Shown: in pieces, positions 1 to 8,485 of the stretch
Numbering within the stretch: the stretch's first letter is position 1
Layout of the letters: each line of letters starts with the position of its first letter
From: Nitratidesulfovibrio vulgaris str. Hildenborough
GTDB lineage: Bacteria; Desulfobacterota; Desulfovibrionia; Desulfovibrionales; Desulfovibrionaceae
NCBI RefSeq assembly: GCF_000195755.1
Contig: NC_002937.3
Span: forward strand, 1,530,001 to 1,562,000
Direction: 5' to 3'
DNA length: 32,000 bases
Made by a program: the position numbers and the translations under genes
The notes under the pieces: model-generated
The model's database searches: none
Told to the model about the DNA's origin: nothing
Seen by the model: the letters and a program-made list of their open reading frames with translations, nothing else

Positions 1-299
1 TCCAGCACAGCGGCTTCGTCGCTCAGCACGAGGATGAACGTATCGTCAAGATGCGGTTCGGAACGGAAGGCCCGAAGCAGGGCAAGGGCTTCGCCGTCGG
101 TGGACGAGGCATCGAGCAGGATGAGAGCGGGGCGGAAGGAGAGGGCCAACTCCATACCGACGTCGTGACTGTCGGCGATGAGCAGGCGACGCGTTTCGGA
201 GATGTGCGTCACCAGCGCATCACGCACCAGTGCCGAGTCGGTGATGATCAGGAGCGGGCTTTCATCCTGCAACGCTGGCCTCCGGGAAGAGTTCGGCAT
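1..299 (-). CDS. Response-regulator receiver-domain protein, N-terminal part (gene runs off the left edge)
   Basis: I translated the minus strand from ATG 299..297 (alternative TTG 272..270): MPNSSRRPALQDESPLLIITDSALVRDALVTHISETRRLLIADSHDVGMELALSFRPALILLDASSTDGEALALLRAFRSEPHLDDTFILVLSDEAAVL. This has a CheY-like layout (LLIITD, ILLD, DGEAL.LL). The frame is open to position 1. It is absent from the ORF track because it is truncated. The start overlaps the dtd 3' end. Confidence 0.6.
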   Translation of the reverse strand, partial: MPNSSRRPALQDESPLLIITDSALVRDALVTHISETRRLLIADSHDVGMELALSFRPALILLDASSTDGEALALLRAFRSEPHLDDTFILVLSDEAAVL

Positions 300-750
300 C
301 GTCAAGGCAAAGGGTCACAGGGCCCCAGTTGATGAGGCTCACATGCATCAAGGCCCCGAAGATGCCTGAAGATACCCGTCCGGGCAGCCTCGCGTCAATG
401 TCGTGGACGAGTCGTTCGTAGAGATTCCGGGCCGTGTCCGGAGGGGCCGCTGTCTGGAATGATGGGCGGCGGCCCCGGCGCAGGTCGGCATAGAGCGTGA
501 ACTGCGAGACAAGCAGCACCTCTCCGCCGTGTTCGCGCAGACTGCGGTTCATGCGCCCCTCTGCATCGGGGAAGATGCGCAGGTCGATGAGCTTGTCGCA
601 CATGGCGTTCCAGCGGCGGCTGTCTGGCAGGGTCTCGTCGTCGTCCTTGCCGAACCCGGCGAGGACCAGCAGCCCTGTTCCGATGGTGGCTACCGGGGTG
701 TCGTCCACCCGCACCCCGGCCTCCAGAACGCGCTGGACGACAAGCCTCAC
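262..750 (-). CDS. dtd: D-aminoacyl-tRNA deacylase
   Basis: Track ORF 262..810. Dtd hallmarks are present: VRLVVQRV start region, GLLVLAGFGKDDDE, VSQFTLYAD, RRPSF, and SLINWGPVTLCLD at the C-terminus. I prefer GTG at 750 (verified in the sequence) because Dtd proteins start at M/V-R-L-V-V-QRV and the upstream gene's stop is at 755-757. Confidence 0.85.
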   Translation of the reverse strand: MRLVVQRVLEAGVRVDDTPVATIGTGLLVLAGFGKDDDETLPDSRRWNAMCDKLIDLRIFPDAEGRMNRSLREHGGEVLLVSQFTLYADLRRGRRPSFQTAAPPDTARNLYERLVHDIDARLPGRVSSGIFGALMHVSLINWGPVTLCLDDAELFPEASVAG

Positions 751-754
751 GGGG

Positions 755-2476
755 CTAGTCCTCCCCGTTTCCGGCAGGAGCGTTCTTGAGACGCTCTTCT
801 TCTTCGGCACGCAGGATGCGACGCAACACCTTGCCCACGATGGTCTTGGGCAACTCGTTACGGAATTCGACCTGCTTGGGCACCTTGTAATTGGCCAGTT
901 GTTCTCGGCAGTGGGCCACTATCTCGGCCTTGGTGAGCTTCACACCCTCGCGCGGCACGATGTAGGCCTTGATGATCTCGCCCCGGGTGGCGTGCGGAAC
1001 GCCCACCGTGACCGCTTCCTTCACCTTTGGGTGCTCGTGAAGGACTTCATCGATTTCACGCGGGTAGACGTTGTAGCCACCCACGATGATCATGTCCTTC
1101 TTGCGGTCGACGATGAAGAAGTAGCCGTCTTCATCCATGGTGGCGATGTCGCCGGTGTACAACCAGCCGTTGCGCAGGGTGTTGGCCGTCTCGTCAGGGC
1201 GGTTGAGGTAGCCCTGCATGACCTGCGGGCCGCGAATGATGAGTTCGCCTATCTTGCCGGGGGGCAGGGGCACGAGACCCACCTCCATGTCGACGACCCG
1301 TGCCTCCGTGTCCGGAAAGGGCACGCCGATGGAACCGGGTTTCTGGACGCCGTGGATGGGGTTGAGGTGCGTGACCGGAGAAGCCTCTGTGAGGCCGAAG
1401 CCTTCGATGACCTGTGCGCCCGTCAGTTCATGGAAGCGGCGGATGTGCTCCAGCGGCATGGGGGCGGAACCGGAGATGCAGTACTTGATGGATTTGAGGT
1501 CGAATTCTCCGACGTCCTTCTGCTGCATGAGCGAGATGTAGATGGAGGGCGCACCCGGAAAGATCGTGGGCTTGTGCTTGTCGATACCAACCAGCACGTC
1601 GCGCGGCACATAGCGCGGGAAGGGGATGATGGTCGCGCCGAGTGCGGTTGGCAGCGTCAGGCAGGTGGTCAGCCCGTAGACATGGAAGTAGGGCATGAGG
1701 CCAAGGAAGGTGTGGCGCATCCGGGTGCTTTCACCAAGGATGGCCTTGATCTGCTGTACGTTCACCGAAAGGTTGTAGTGCGTGAGCATGACACCTTTCG
1801 ATATGCCCGTGGTGCCCCCGGTGTACTGGAGCAGGGCGAGGGCTTCACGCGGGTTCTCCACCTTGGCGGAGTAGCCTTCCTTCTTCTTGAACAGGGTCTT
1901 CCACGGGATGACGGTCTCCCCGTCGAAGGGTACGTCACGCCATGTCCCCTCCCGTTTGGCCTTGAAACGGTAGAGCAGGTTCAGCGGGAACCCGAGGGCG
2001 TCGCTGATGCGGGTGATGAAGAACTTGCGGATGCCCAGCCTGTCGCGCAGGGGCTCTATCTTGGGCCAGACGAGGTCGAGGGCGATCATGTATTCCGCGC
2101 CGGAGTCGTGAATCTGGTGCACCAGCTCCTTTTCCATATAGAGCGGGTTGGTCATCACCACGGTGCAACCGGCCTTGAGCAGTCCCCAGAAGGCGATGAT
2201 GGCCTGCGGGACGTTGGGAAGCATGACCGAGACCCTGTCCCCCGGCAATACGCCCTGTGCCCTCAGGTTGGCGGCGAAGCGCTCTGCGAGCAGGCGCAGT
2301 TTCGCGTAGGAGACCTTGTAGTTGCGGAAGATGATGGCGGTCTGCTTCGGGTGCCTTTCCGCCGCTTCGTCGAGGAAGGCGAAGAGGGGGGCGACCTCGT
2401 AGTCGATGCGGGCCGGAACATCCTTGTCGTAGCTTTGCAGCCAGGGCATTTCGCGGGTGGCGGTATCGTGCATCAT
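755..2476 (-). CDS. Long-chain-fatty-acid--CoA ligase / AMP-dependent synthetase (FadD-like)
   Basis: 573-aa ORF with the AMP-binding motif LQYTGGTTGISKGVMLTH, plus YGLTE-type (GFGLTEASPV), TGD (WLYTGDIA) and the C-terminal KVPK/GK motifs of the ANL superfamily. Confidence 0.9.
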   Translation of the reverse strand: MMHDTATREMPWLQSYDKDVPARIDYEVAPLFAFLDEAAERHPKQTAIIFRNYKVSYAKLRLLAERFAANLRAQGVLPGDRVSVMLPNVPQAIIAFWGLLKAGCTVVMTNPLYMEKELVHQIHDSGAEYMIALDLVWPKIEPLRDRLGIRKFFITRISDALGFPLNLLYRFKAKREGTWRDVPFDGETVIPWKTLFKKKEGYSAKVENPREALALLQYTGGTTGISKGVMLTHYNLSVNVQQIKAILGESTRMRHTFLGLMPYFHVYGLTTCLTLPTALGATIIPFPRYVPRDVLVGIDKHKPTIFPGAPSIYISLMQQKDVGEFDLKSIKYCISGSAPMPLEHIRRFHELTGAQVIEGFGLTEASPVTHLNPIHGVQKPGSIGVPFPDTEARVVDMEVGLVPLPPGKIGELIIRGPQVMQGYLNRPDETANTLRNGWLYTGDIATMDEDGYFFIVDRKKDMIIVGGYNVYPREIDEVLHEHPKVKEAVTVGVPHATRGEIIKAYIVPREGVKLTKAEIVAHCREQLANYKVPKQVEFRNELPKTIVGKVLRRILRAEEEERLKNAPAGNGED

Positions 2477-2606
2477 GCGTGGTTCCGTGATCCGTTGCTA
2501 CGGCGGAAGGCTAGTGTTCTCGGGATGTGGAAAACGATTCGACGGGTGTACTATGACGACACTGGCAAGGGCAAGTGGCGGTGGGCCCTAGCACGGGCCT
2601 TGTCCT

Positions 2607-3794
2607 CTACGGCATCGGTCTCAGACCGGTGACGGCGGCGATGGCCTTGATGCCCCTCTTCTCACCTGTGAAGCCGAGACCCTCTTCCGTGGTAGCCTTG
2701 AAGTTGACACTGGTGACAGGCAAATCGAGCAGCCTTGCGACATTGGCGCGAATCTTGTCGCGCCACGGGGACAGCTTCGGAACCTGGGCCACGATGGTGA
2801 GGTCTACGTGGGTGAGACGCAACCGTGCCTCGTGGGTCATGTGCAACACCCTGTCGAGAAGCATGGCGGAGTTGGCGTTGTCGAACGCGGCGTCGCTGTC
2901 GGGAAAGTGTAGCCCTATGTCACCTGCGCCGATGCAGCCGAGAAGGGCGTCGGCAAGCGCATGCAGCAGGACATCACCGTCGGAGTGGGCCACGACCTCG
3001 GGCCCTTCCGGGATTAGGACGCCGCCAAGCTTCATGGGGCGCCCCTCGCCGTAGCGATGGACATCGTAGCCCCACCCTACGCACGGCACGGTGACTTGAG
3101 GCTCATTTGCATCGAGCATGGCGAGGTCCTCCGGGGTGGTAATCTTGGCGTTGACGACTTCGCCTGCGACGATGCGCACGGGAATGCCGCACCGTTCAAG
3201 CAGGGCCGCGTCATCGGTGACGTTCCAGCCTGCCGTGCGGGCCGTCTCGTGCGCGGTGGAAAGTGCTTTCAGCGTGAAACCCTGTGGGGTCTGCACGGCA
3301 ACGAGTCTCGACCTGTCGGGCGTGTTCGCTACGAAGCCGTCGGTGGTCTCCTTCACCGTGTCGGTGAGGGGGATGCCCGGAACGACACCGGCGTGTCCGT
3401 CATGCAACGCGGAGAGTACACGGGCGACAAGGGCGGGTGAAGCGAAGGGGCGTGCGGCATCGTGGACGAGGACGGCCTCGCAGGAACGCGGAAGCGCTGC
3501 AAGGCCGCAGGCCACGGAGTCCTGTCGGGCTGCGCCGCCGCCCACCACATGCCAGTCGAGTCCAAGCACGCTGCCATCATCGAGTGCCGAGATACGCGCA
3601 CGCTCTTCCTCGACCCGGTGAGGGGGGAATACGAAGACGATGCCCTCTATACCGGCGACATGCGCCATGGTGCGGGCCGAGGCCCAGTACAGGGGCGCTC
3701 CATGCAGGGGAAGGAACTGTTTGGCATCGGGCAGTCCCGCCGTGGCGAGTCGTGTGCCGCTTCCTGCTGCGAGCAGTAGTACCCAAGTACGCAT
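2607..3794 (-). CDS. ispDF: Bifunctional 2-C-methyl-D-erythritol 4-phosphate cytidylyltransferase / MEcPP synthase (IspDF)
   Basis: 395 aa. The N-terminus LLLAAGSGTRL is the IspD P-loop-like motif. The C-terminal half GWGYDVHRY...HSDGDVLLHALADALLGC...FKATTEEGLGFTG is IspF. ATG at 3794..3792 was verified. Confidence 0.92.
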   Translation of the reverse strand: MRTWVLLLAAGSGTRLATAGLPDAKQFLPLHGAPLYWASARTMAHVAGIEGIVFVFPPHRVEEERARISALDDGSVLGLDWHVVGGGAARQDSVACGLAALPRSCEAVLVHDAARPFASPALVARVLSALHDGHAGVVPGIPLTDTVKETTDGFVANTPDRSRLVAVQTPQGFTLKALSTAHETARTAGWNVTDDAALLERCGIPVRIVAGEVVNAKITTPEDLAMLDANEPQVTVPCVGWGYDVHRYGEGRPMKLGGVLIPEGPEVVAHSDGDVLLHALADALLGCIGAGDIGLHFPDSDAAFDNANSAMLLDRVLHMTHEARLRLTHVDLTIVAQVPKLSPWRDKIRANVARLLDLPVTSVNFKATTEEGLGFTGEKRGIKAIAAVTGLRPMP

Positions 3795-3842
3795 CGGGCC
3801 TCCATGAAAGGCAGGGGGCGCATTTGCGCCCCCTGAAAAAGT

Positions 3843-4198
3843 GGGAGTCGGACGATAAGCCGGGTTCTGTCCCCTCGCGGGGGGTCGTCATTCCTCTAGG
3901 AGTGCAGTTACCTGCACCCTCAAGCAACCTACCCGGGAGCATCGGTCGGGCCGACCTTGGCGCTCCCCTATTTGGTCTTGCTTCGGACGGGGTTTTCCTA
4001 GCTTGCGATGTCACCACCGCAACTGGTGGGCTCTTACCCCACCGTTTCACCCTTACCCGCGCGAACGCGGGCGGTCTGCTCTCTGTGGCACTCTCCGGAG
4101 ATCGCTCCCCCTGGGCGTTACCCAGCGTCCTGCCCTGTGAAGCCCGGACTTTCCTCCCCGGGTCTTGCGACCCGCGACGACGACCTGTCCGACTCCCG
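3843..4198 (-). ncRNA. rnpB: RNase P RNA, bacterial type A
   Basis: The reverse complement reads GGGAGTCGGACAGG...GGGGAGGAAAGTCCGGGCTTCACAGGGCAG...GGTAAGGGTGAAACGGTGGGGTAAGAGCCCACC...CAAGACCAAATAGGGG...GACAGAACCCGGCTTATCGTCCGACTCCC. It carries the universally conserved GGAGGAAAGTCCGGGC and ACAGAACCCGGCTTA blocks. P1 pairing (GGGAGTCGGAC / GTCCGACTCCC) defines the ends to within a few nt. Confidence 0.85.
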
Positions 4199-4208
4199 AT
4201 TTGCGCGT

Positions 4209-4952
4209 CTATTCGGCGGCGGGCGCCTCGACGCAGAAGTGTTCGCACCAGAAGATGAGGCGCTGGCAGTTGGGGCAGCTCAGAATCTGCTGGCCCTTCT
4301 GCAATTCGATGAACGACTGCGGCGGGATGGAGATGTGACAACCCGAGCAGATGCCGTTTTCGACGGAGACGATGACCGGATGGTCGAGGCGCTTGCGGAT
4401 GAACTCGTAGCGCGAGAGAACGGGGCCGGGCACTTCGCTTCCGGCAGCGTTACGCTTGTGTTCGAGGGCGTCGAGCACCTGCTGTGCTTCGGCGAGTCGG
4501 GCTTCGAGGTTGGCGCGCTTCTCGTCGAGTTCTTCCTTGAGGGCGGTGTAGCGCCCTTCGATGTCGGCGAGGGCGTCGTTCTGCCTCTGCAGTTCTTCGG
4601 CAAGGGCGAGCTTTTCTTCTTCACGAGAGCGGTTGAGCTTCTCCATGGTGTCCATCTCGCGCATCATCGCGTGATATTCCTTGGTGTTGCCAACCTGCAT
4701 GAGCTTGTTCTTGCTCTTCTTGATGCGCAACGTGTCGTCTTCGATCTCGTTGGCGATACGCTTTTCCTGATCGTGCAGGTGTTCAAGCTTTTCGAGGATG
4801 CGGCTGCGCTGTTCCTCGATGATGTTGAAGCGCTGCTGAAGGCTGTCCACCTCTTGCGGGGCGTTCTTCAACTCGGATCTGATGGCGTGGATTTCGTCAT
4901 CGACCCTCTGCAGGGCGACGAGCTGTTCTATCTGCTTGAGGTAGAGGCTCAC
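4209..4952 (-). CDS. Coiled-coil protein with C-terminal C4 zinc ribbon (COG1579 / DUF164-type)
   Basis: 247 aa. It has a long heptad-rich N-terminus followed by CSGCHISIPPQ...LSCPNCQRLIF. This family is typically found between a NIF3 gene and rnpB, as it is here. Confidence 0.8.
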   Translation of the reverse strand: MSLYLKQIEQLVALQRVDDEIHAIRSELKNAPQEVDSLQQRFNIIEEQRSRILEKLEHLHDQEKRIANEIEDDTLRIKKSKNKLMQVGNTKEYHAMMREMDTMEKLNRSREEEKLALAEELQRQNDALADIEGRYTALKEELDEKRANLEARLAEAQQVLDALEHKRNAAGSEVPGPVLSRYEFIRKRLDHPVIVSVENGICSGCHISIPPQSFIELQKGQQILSCPNCQRLIFWCEHFCVEAPAAE

Positions 4953-4992
4953 GGTCGTATCCTCCTCGTGGAACGTGTTGCGACCTTGCTGG

Positions 4993-6003
4993 TTAACCCC
5001 GCCCCCCGTCCGTGACCGGGCGGGCGTAAGCCAGCGGACGGAGCGGATCGGCAGCGGGTATGAACGTGACGCGCACGTCGGGCAGGTCTTCCTGCAACCG
5101 CAGTGCGAAGCGGCGCATCATCTCTTCTTCGAGGCTGAAATGCCCGACGTCGATGATGGGGCCTGTGGTGTCGAGAGCGGTGTGATACTTCACATCGCCC
5201 GTGATGAAAATATCGGCATTCATGGCAAACGCGTCCGATGCCAGCGAACTTCCGGAACCGGTGCAGTATCCCACCCGGCTGATGACAGGCGGCGGACTGC
5301 CGCAGAAGGTCGCCCCGTCGAGGGGAACAAGCTGCCCGACCCGGCGGATGAAGTCGTCCCACGCCATAGGCGCGGGCAGGTCGCCGAGGATGCCGATACC
5401 CCATACCTCGGCAGGGTATTCGGGCGCCATGGGCAGCATGGGCCGGTCTCCGTCCGGCAAGGCCCTGAGGGCGACTTCAAGCTGTGGCCAGTCTTCCGCG
5501 TTGCAACTCACGACGAGGTCGTCATCGTCAGCTCGGGCCTTGAGGACAGCCGGGAGGGTGGCCACGGCTGCAAGGTGTGCACCCATGCCGACGATGCGGT
5601 GCGTGATGCGCTGCCGTGTGAAGGTGGGTTCGAGGACGCGTCTCCCCTCAAGGGCGAGTTCATCTGCGAACCATGCCACCGGTCCGGCAGGATTGGCATC
5701 CAGAGAGGTGTGCGCCCCGTACAGCCAGATGTCGCGGGTGAGAAGTGTGCGCACGACCTCATGGTGTGCGTCGACGCGGTCGAGGTAGCGGGGCTGCAGA
5801 AGCAGAGGATGGTGGGCAAGCACGAAGTCCGCACCCAGCGCAGCCGCCTTGACCACGTTGTCGGGCGTGGGGTCGAGGCAGACGGCAAGCGCATGCACAT
5901 CATCACGGGCCGCAGCGACTTGAACGCCGCAGTGGTCCCACGGTGCTGCAGCGGCCGGGAGGGCCGTTTTTTCGATAGTCTCAATGATTCTGCGTATTTT
6001 CAT
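4993..6003 (-). CDS. Nif3-family dinuclear metal-centre protein (GTP cyclohydrolase 1 type 2 homologue)
   Basis: Track ORF 4993..6183, trimmed to ATG 6003 (MKIRRIIETIE...) because the upstream extension overlaps the tRNA at 6123-6198. Motifs include VLAHHPLL, AHTSLD, ITGDVKYH and IDVGHF. Confidence 0.85.
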   Translation of the reverse strand: MKIRRIIETIEKTALPAAAAPWDHCGVQVAAARDDVHALAVCLDPTPDNVVKAAALGADFVLAHHPLLLQPRYLDRVDAHHEVVRTLLTRDIWLYGAHTSLDANPAGPVAWFADELALEGRRVLEPTFTRQRITHRIVGMGAHLAAVATLPAVLKARADDDDLVVSCNAEDWPQLEVALRALPDGDRPMLPMAPEYPAEVWGIGILGDLPAPMAWDDFIRRVGQLVPLDGATFCGSPPPVISRVGYCTGSGSSLASDAFAMNADIFITGDVKYHTALDTTGPIIDVGHFSLEEEMMRRFALRLQEDLPDVRVTFIPAADPLRPLAYARPVTDGGRG

Positions 6004-6122
6004 GCTTCGAGACCAAGAAAAGAGGGTGCTCTCTCCGCGGTGTGGCGGCGAAAGCACCCTGAATGGCCAGAGGTGTTCCCGTTGAGGAGTATATGCTCCA
6101 ACGTAGCTGCCCCGTGCGTTCG

Positions 6123-6198
6123 TGGTGGGCCCAGCAGGACTCGAACCTGCAACAAATCGGTTATGAGCCGAGGGCTCTGCCAATTGAGCTATGGGCCC
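6123..6198 (-). tRNA. tRNA with CAU anticodon (elongator Met; Ile2/lysidine type not excluded)
   Basis: The reverse complement is GGGCCCATAGCTCAATTGGCAGAGCCCTCGGCTCATAACCGATTTGTTGCAGGTTCGAGTCCTGCTGGGCCCACCA. It folds by hand into a cloverleaf: 7-bp acceptor stem, GCTC/GAGC D stem, CTCATAA anticodon loop, GCAGG/CCTGC T stem with a TTCGAGT loop, and an encoded CCA. The G1:C72 pair argues against an initiator tRNA. Confidence 0.85.
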
Positions 6199-6246
6199 AC
6201 GCCGTTACGGTTGAGCCGATTCAGATACCGTCATAGACCCATGCTG

Positions 6247-7176
6247 TCAAGACTCTGTCGTCGTGTTCCTACGGGAGGTTGCGAAGGGGCATTCTTCCTT
6301 GATGTAGCTGATGGCTGCGCGGGCGGCCTTGGCACCTTCACCGACGGCGACGGCAATCTGGAGAAAACCGCCTGTGCAGTCGCCTGCGGCAAAGACTCCA
6401 GGGATGTTGGTGCGCTGGTCGGAATCAGCGCCGAGGAACACGCCGTTGCGTTCAACGCCAAGCGTGTAGGCGAAATCGAGCGACGAGGCTTCGCCCATGG
6501 CGATGAAGAGCCCCTGTGCCTCTTCGGTGCTGCCGTCTTCGTAGCGCAACACTGACAGGGCGGGGGTGCCTTCGAGTGAGGCTATCTTGCGGTCGTCCAC
6601 GGCGATGCCTGCCTCGTCGAGGCGGGTCATGAACTCCGGGGTGATGCTCGCGGCCTTGCCTTGCGTGCAGATTGAGACATGCGGGGTGTAGTGCAAGAGC
6701 TCAAGAGCCTGATTGGCGGCAAATACACCCTCTCCGAGCACCTTCACCCTGAGGCCGCGGTAGAAGAACCCGTCGCAACTCACGCAGTAGGATACGCCCT
6801 TGCCTTCGTAGTCTGCGATGTTGGAGATGCCGGGGCGCACGCGAGAGACTCCCGTGGCGAGGATGATGGCACAGGCGGCTGTCTCGCCCGCTTCGGTGGT
6901 TATCCTGAATCCACCGTCGTCGCCGTGGTGAAGCCCGAGAATGCGGTCGTCGCGCAAGACGGCACCGAAACGTTCCGCCTGCCTGCGGCCTCTTTCAATG
7001 AGTTCGCGGCCCGTGATGGTCTCGTCGAACCCGAAGTAGTTGTCGATATCGTAATCGCCCGCCACCTTGGGGGCGGAACCGAACACAAGGGTGGGTATTC
7101 CCGCGCGGGCGGTGTAGACGGCTGCCGAAAGCCCTGCGGGCCCGGCACCTATGATGACGAGGGGGCGTGTTTCCAT
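6247..7176 (-). CDS. trxB: Thioredoxin-disulfide reductase-like flavoprotein
   Basis: Motifs are VIIGAGPAGLSAAVY (FAD GxGxxG), redox CVSCDG followed by FFY, and AAGDCTGG. The start was moved to ATG 7176 (METRPLVIIGAG), preceded by AGGAG. Confidence 0.85.
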   Translation of the reverse strand: METRPLVIIGAGPAGLSAAVYTARAGIPTLVFGSAPKVAGDYDIDNYFGFDETITGRELIERGRRQAERFGAVLRDDRILGLHHGDDGGFRITTEAGETAACAIILATGVSRVRPGISNIADYEGKGVSYCVSCDGFFYRGLRVKVLGEGVFAANQALELLHYTPHVSICTQGKAASITPEFMTRLDEAGIAVDDRKIASLEGTPALSVLRYEDGSTEEAQGLFIAMGEASSLDFAYTLGVERNGVFLGADSDQRTNIPGVFAAGDCTGGFLQIAVAVGEGAKAARAAISYIKEECPFATSRRNTTTES

Positions 7177-7320
7177 GGTAGCTCCTGTTGTCGAATGTGG
7201 CCACACACTTCAGACATGGTAGCCTCTCTTCGTCGCTTGGCAAGGGACGAGGTGTCTTTGCATACAGGCAGAGTGACGGCTGTCGGCGGAGTCAGGGCGT
7301 GTAGGATTGTGTCAAATCTG

Positions 7321-7370
7321 GTCAGGTCACGCCTGATCACGCCTGATCACGCATGATCACGTCTGGGAAC
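7321..7370. repeat. Tandem 10-bp direct repeats, each carrying a TGATCA palindrome
   Basis: Reading in 10-nt register gives gtcaggtcac / gcctgatcac / gcctgatcac / gcatgatcac / gtctgggaac. Two copies are identical, one has a single mismatch, and degenerate copies flank them. The repeats are intergenic, between the cheZ stop (7477) and the trxB start (7176). Confidence 0.75.
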
Positions 7371-7476
7371 GTCGGGCCCGGAACCGCGCAACAGGCAAAA
7401 GGCCCGACCTGACGAGGGGGCATGCTGCACTGCGATGTCTTGGCGTGTTCCGGGCTTCTGCATGTACCCATGCGTC

Positions 7477-8223
7477 CTAGAGGCCAAGCTGGGCCAGCAT
7501 GTCGTCGATGTTGGCCTGTGATGCGTCCCGGGTGGGTCCCTTGAGTTCCGACACCGCCTTGCGGGTTTCGGCTTCGAGCTCATCAAGGTCCCGGTCGGGT
7601 GTCTCTGCGTGGGCCTTCATGAGAAGCCCGGAGGAGAGGAACAGCTCGACCACGGTGGATTCGATGGCCTGCAGGGCCGCGACGATCTTCTTGATGCGCT
7701 GTCCCGTGAGGTCCTGAAAGCTCAAGGTCGTCATGATGGTGACGAGGTCGTCACCCAGTTGCCCATGCATGGCGCTCAACCGTTCGATGTCGTCGGGGGT
7801 GGCGGTGCCTGCCTTGAGGTTGTCGAGGATGACTGCCGCTTCAGGCTGAAGCTCGAAATGGCGTTCGACGATGTCCATGATGTCGACGGTAGCCTGTTCG
7901 GTCGTGGCGAGGATTTCGCCCAGTTGCTGCGAGGCTTCGCTGAAGAGCCTGTCGGCGTCGGCTTGCGACGGTGTGAGGGCGGGGGCTTCGGCTGGCGCAT
8001 GGCTGGTCTGGGCCGCCTGGGCTATCTCTTTGTATATCTTCTGCAGCCCCTTACGCATGTCGCGGCTGAGGCGTTTGTGGAATTCGCTTTCGACAAGGGC
8101 GGAGGTGAGACTCTTGGTGATTTCACGCTCTACGGTTTCGGCTATGACGGTACGCAGGTTCTCAACCAGTGTGGTCGAAACATTGTCCATCACTTTTCGC
8201 ATCAACTCTTCCTGACTGACCAT
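7477..8223 (-). CDS. cheZ: Chemotaxis phosphatase CheZ-family protein
   Basis: 248 aa. It contains the catalytic-region signature SFQDLTGQRIKKIV (E. coli CheZ has DFQDLTGQ) and an acidic C-terminal tail ending DDMLAQLGL, which resembles a CheY-binding peptide. Confidence 0.75.
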   Translation of the reverse strand: MVSQEELMRKVMDNVSTTLVENLRTVIAETVEREITKSLTSALVESEFHKRLSRDMRKGLQKIYKEIAQAAQTSHAPAEAPALTPSQADADRLFSEASQQLGEILATTEQATVDIMDIVERHFELQPEAAVILDNLKAGTATPDDIERLSAMHGQLGDDLVTIMTTLSFQDLTGQRIKKIVAALQAIESTVVELFLSSGLLMKAHAETPDRDLDELEAETRKAVSELKGPTRDASQANIDDMLAQLGL

Positions 8224-8485
8224 GTTCTCCTCCTGCGGTGCTCATTCCTAGTCTGGCATACTCCATATCTTTAGCAGAACAGGCGGGTTGCGGAAAGGGT
8301 AAAAGCGCGGGCGGTGCACAGAAAAGACAGAATGGGAGTCCCTCTGCCGGTACAGACCGCAGGGGAGGGGCGATTATCCACGCAAAGGAGCGTCCTTGCC
8401 TGAACGGGGGGCCGACGGCATGAAGGGGCCGCCGGTGGCGGGGGCGGCGTGATGATGCGGACGTGGCGATGCGGCCGGGGCTTGG

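Noticed and set aside
497-2632. A 711-aa plus-strand ORF. Similar long antisense ORFs are 10062..11384 (+), 14231..15787 (-), 16932..18005 (+), 18021..19472 (+), 19657..20991 (+), 22203..24371 (-), 4975..6555 (+) and 25612..26217 (-).
   Set aside because: Each lies exactly antisense to a gene with unmistakable family motifs (acyl-CoA ligase, hemA, CgeB-like, hslU, htrA, S1, Lon-like, NIF3, phoU). Their products are Gly/Asp/Val/Arg/His-rich low-complexity strings with no recognisable motifs. These are the typical shadow ORFs of a high-GC genome with GC-rich third codon positions.
3437-4341. Track ORFs 3437..4258 (+), 3577..4341 (-) and 4008..5015 (+).
   Set aside because: They run across the RNase P RNA gene and the ispDF and zinc-ribbon genes. 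Their composition is Arg/Pro-rich, and none has an RBS.
6004-6183. N-terminal 60-aa extension of the NIF3 ORF.
   Set aside because: It overlaps the tRNA gene (6123-6198). The internal ATG at 6003 gives a normal NIF3 N-terminus.
8224-8300. A sigma-28-like promoter upstream of cheZ: TAAAG-N15-GACTAGGA on the minus strand.
   Set aside because: The -10 element matches GCCGATAA at only a few positions, which is too weak to call.
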